Assembly (NCBI GenBank): GCA_028534125.1
Contig: CM052844.1
Coordinates: forward strand, 12,090,001 to 12,154,000
Origin: Lama glama
Lineage: Eukaryota
Reading direction: 5' to 3'
Length of the DNA stretch: 64,000 bases
In this document: one piece after another, positions 62,138-64,000 of the stretch
Layout: every line of letters begins with the position of its first letter
Numbering within the stretch: the stretch's first letter is position 1
Made by a program: the position numbers and the translations under genes
Notes under the pieces: generated by a model
The model's database searches: none
Told to the model about the DNA's origin: nothing
What the model saw: only the letters and a program-made list of their open reading frames with translations

Positions 62138-62340
62138 GACACTGAAGTAGTTACTGAAGAAATGATACGATGTTTGGGATTAGCTTCAAAATAATCCATC
62201 CTGTGTGTAGTGGGGAAGGGCTGGTGAGGATTCAGATGAAACAAGATTGTTTAAACATTGGTTTCATTGAAACTGGGTGAAGGGTACATAAGGAAGTTTC
62301 TATATTCACTGTACTTTTGTGTATACTTGAAATTTTATGG
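62138..62340 (+). mobile_element. L1MC/L1MD-like 3' end
   Basis: gaaatgatacgatgtttgggattagcttcaaaataatcca...agatgaaacaagattg...tgaaactgggtgaagggtacat...tacttttgtgtatacttgaaattt. Confidence 0.8.
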
Positions 62341-62740
62341 AGGAAAGTGAAAGGATTAAGGGGAAAAACCTATGTCACTAATTGAGTGGTTTGGGGGTAT
62401 TGGAATGTTTTATAAGAGTTTGAGGTGGAAAAGCGTAGTCTCTGTGTACGGTTTATTTTACAGATTTCCCTTAAATATTGATGGGTGGCCAGATAGAGAC
62501 ATGTGGGATGACCATTAGCGATTCTGATGCCTGACCCCCCCCGACACAGCTCAGAAAGCAAAGGGAAAGCTGGGTCATTAATTTAACTTAATGTCAGTGA
62601 ATTATAAATCAATTTTAAAAATTAATTCCTTAAATTACTGACTTTATTTCTTGGATAACTGTATACCTGTCACAGGATCTAGCATAGAGCTTTGCCTGTA
62701 CTTAGTCCTTAGTCCTTATTTGGGTATTGGGTGACATAAC

Positions 62741-62836
62741 TTTTTTTTTTTCTTAATGGAGGTACTGGGGATTGAACCCAGGACCTTGTGCATGCTAAGC
62801 AAGCACTCTACCATTGAGCTATCCTCAACCCACACC
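62741..62836 (-). mobile_element. Camelid tRNA-Ala-derived SINE, short form
   Basis: atggaggtactggggattgaacccaggaccttgtgcatgctaagcaagcactctaccattgagctat; imperfect TSD tgggtgacataactt / tgggtgaattgtaactt. Confidence 0.9.
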
Positions 62837-64000
62837 TGGGTGAATTGTAACTTGAAGAATGCATATCTGATGGAGCATTTCATATTCATACGTGTGCCTG
62901 GACACATTATTCACAAATAAATATGCCCCAATCACTGTTGAAAGCTGGAAGCTATTACTGTTCTTATTGATAAATAAGAAGAGGATGCAAAATACATCTT
63001 TTTTTTTTTTTCTGCCCTCACTCCCCACCTTTTCATGGGATTTTGGAATGCCCCGTGCTCAGTTTACATCTGCAAATATATATAATTTAGAACTGTTTGA
63101 CAGAGTGCGTTCTCATTTTCGAGCTAAACTGAAGGGAATGGCTTATGTCACTGACAGATCCAGAGGGCTGGTTTTTTCCAAAACAGAATTCTGTGAAGGC
63201 TTCAGATTTTTCAAAATGCTTTCAATTTGGTGATGTTGTTGGAAAAATATTTGCTTCCAAATCAGTGTGCAGCATAAAACAGAAGGGCTCAGGCCCCACT
63301 GCTTTGCATTAGCAAGAACGAGAAGTATTATTACTGCCTCCGACTCGAACAGTAATCCCCGTTGCGTGGGAAGCTGAGAGGTTCTGCAAAGAAACAGGAG
63401 CCTGTTGGTCGAGTTAATATTCCCATCGCACTTGAAAATGCCAAACCTGTGCTTAGTGAGACTGATAGTTCAAACCTTGATTTGTAATTCTTTGGTGAAT
63501 ATCTTGATACTTACATCACATCCGACATAAGATCTGGAAACAGAAATGAGCGTGTTTGGTTATGGTTCTGTTGGGATCACAGCACAGGGGACACGCATCC
63601 CACGCCTGGCCTCCATATTGCTGTTTCTCTAGGATCTCGGGGACCCGCCCATAGTTTTAGAAGTCTTTGGTGCTTGGCCCCAAACTGAAGCCGACAACAA
63701 TCTGTTTATTTATTTTCTTTTCTGAGAAGGAATATTCTGGAAGGACCAGATGGGAAGAACTTTTATGGGCAATTGGTGGAATGAGTCTCAGAACAAGGTT
63801 TAAAATCAGGTATTTTCACTCTAAATGTTATCATCCTTCCACCCTGAACATCCCTGAAAAGAGAACCTGATTCCCAATCCCGGAGGACCCTGAGGGCAGA
63901 GATAGAGGAAGGGGATCAGACAGAGCGGGGCTCCTCTCCCATCTACATAACCCTTCAGCAGAGTCAGTCTGGGGTTCCGTGGCAGCTATTTTCAAGGTTC

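Overview
Mammalian non-coding genomic DNA, very probably from a camelid (alpaca/llama/camel). The evidence is five copies of a tRNA-Ala(AGC)-derived SINE of the Vic-1 type plus artiodactyl-style L1 3' ends and a MER41-like LTR. I find no credible protein-coding gene: the long ORFs in the track are N-gap artefacts, transposon fossils or chance ORFs. The window is a patchwork of interspersed repeats: MIR, L2, CR1/L3, old and young L1, ERV1/ERVL/MaLR solo LTRs (several with intact TSDs), and hAT and Tigger DNA transposons. It also has six assembly gaps, a few microsatellites and several repeat-poor, motif-rich islands that may be enhancers. I do not see a new multi-gene system. The most interesting items are an unusually readable CR1 reverse-transcriptase fossil (possible exaptation), two adjacent solo LTRs (one with a triplicated nuclear-receptor-motif unit), retrotransposition signatures (3' transduction, twin-priming inversion, a ~60-bp L1 insert), a strong CTCF-like site and some candidate lncRNA exons. 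Repeat family names come from my recollection of consensus sequences, not a database search, and boundaries of old repeats are approximate.
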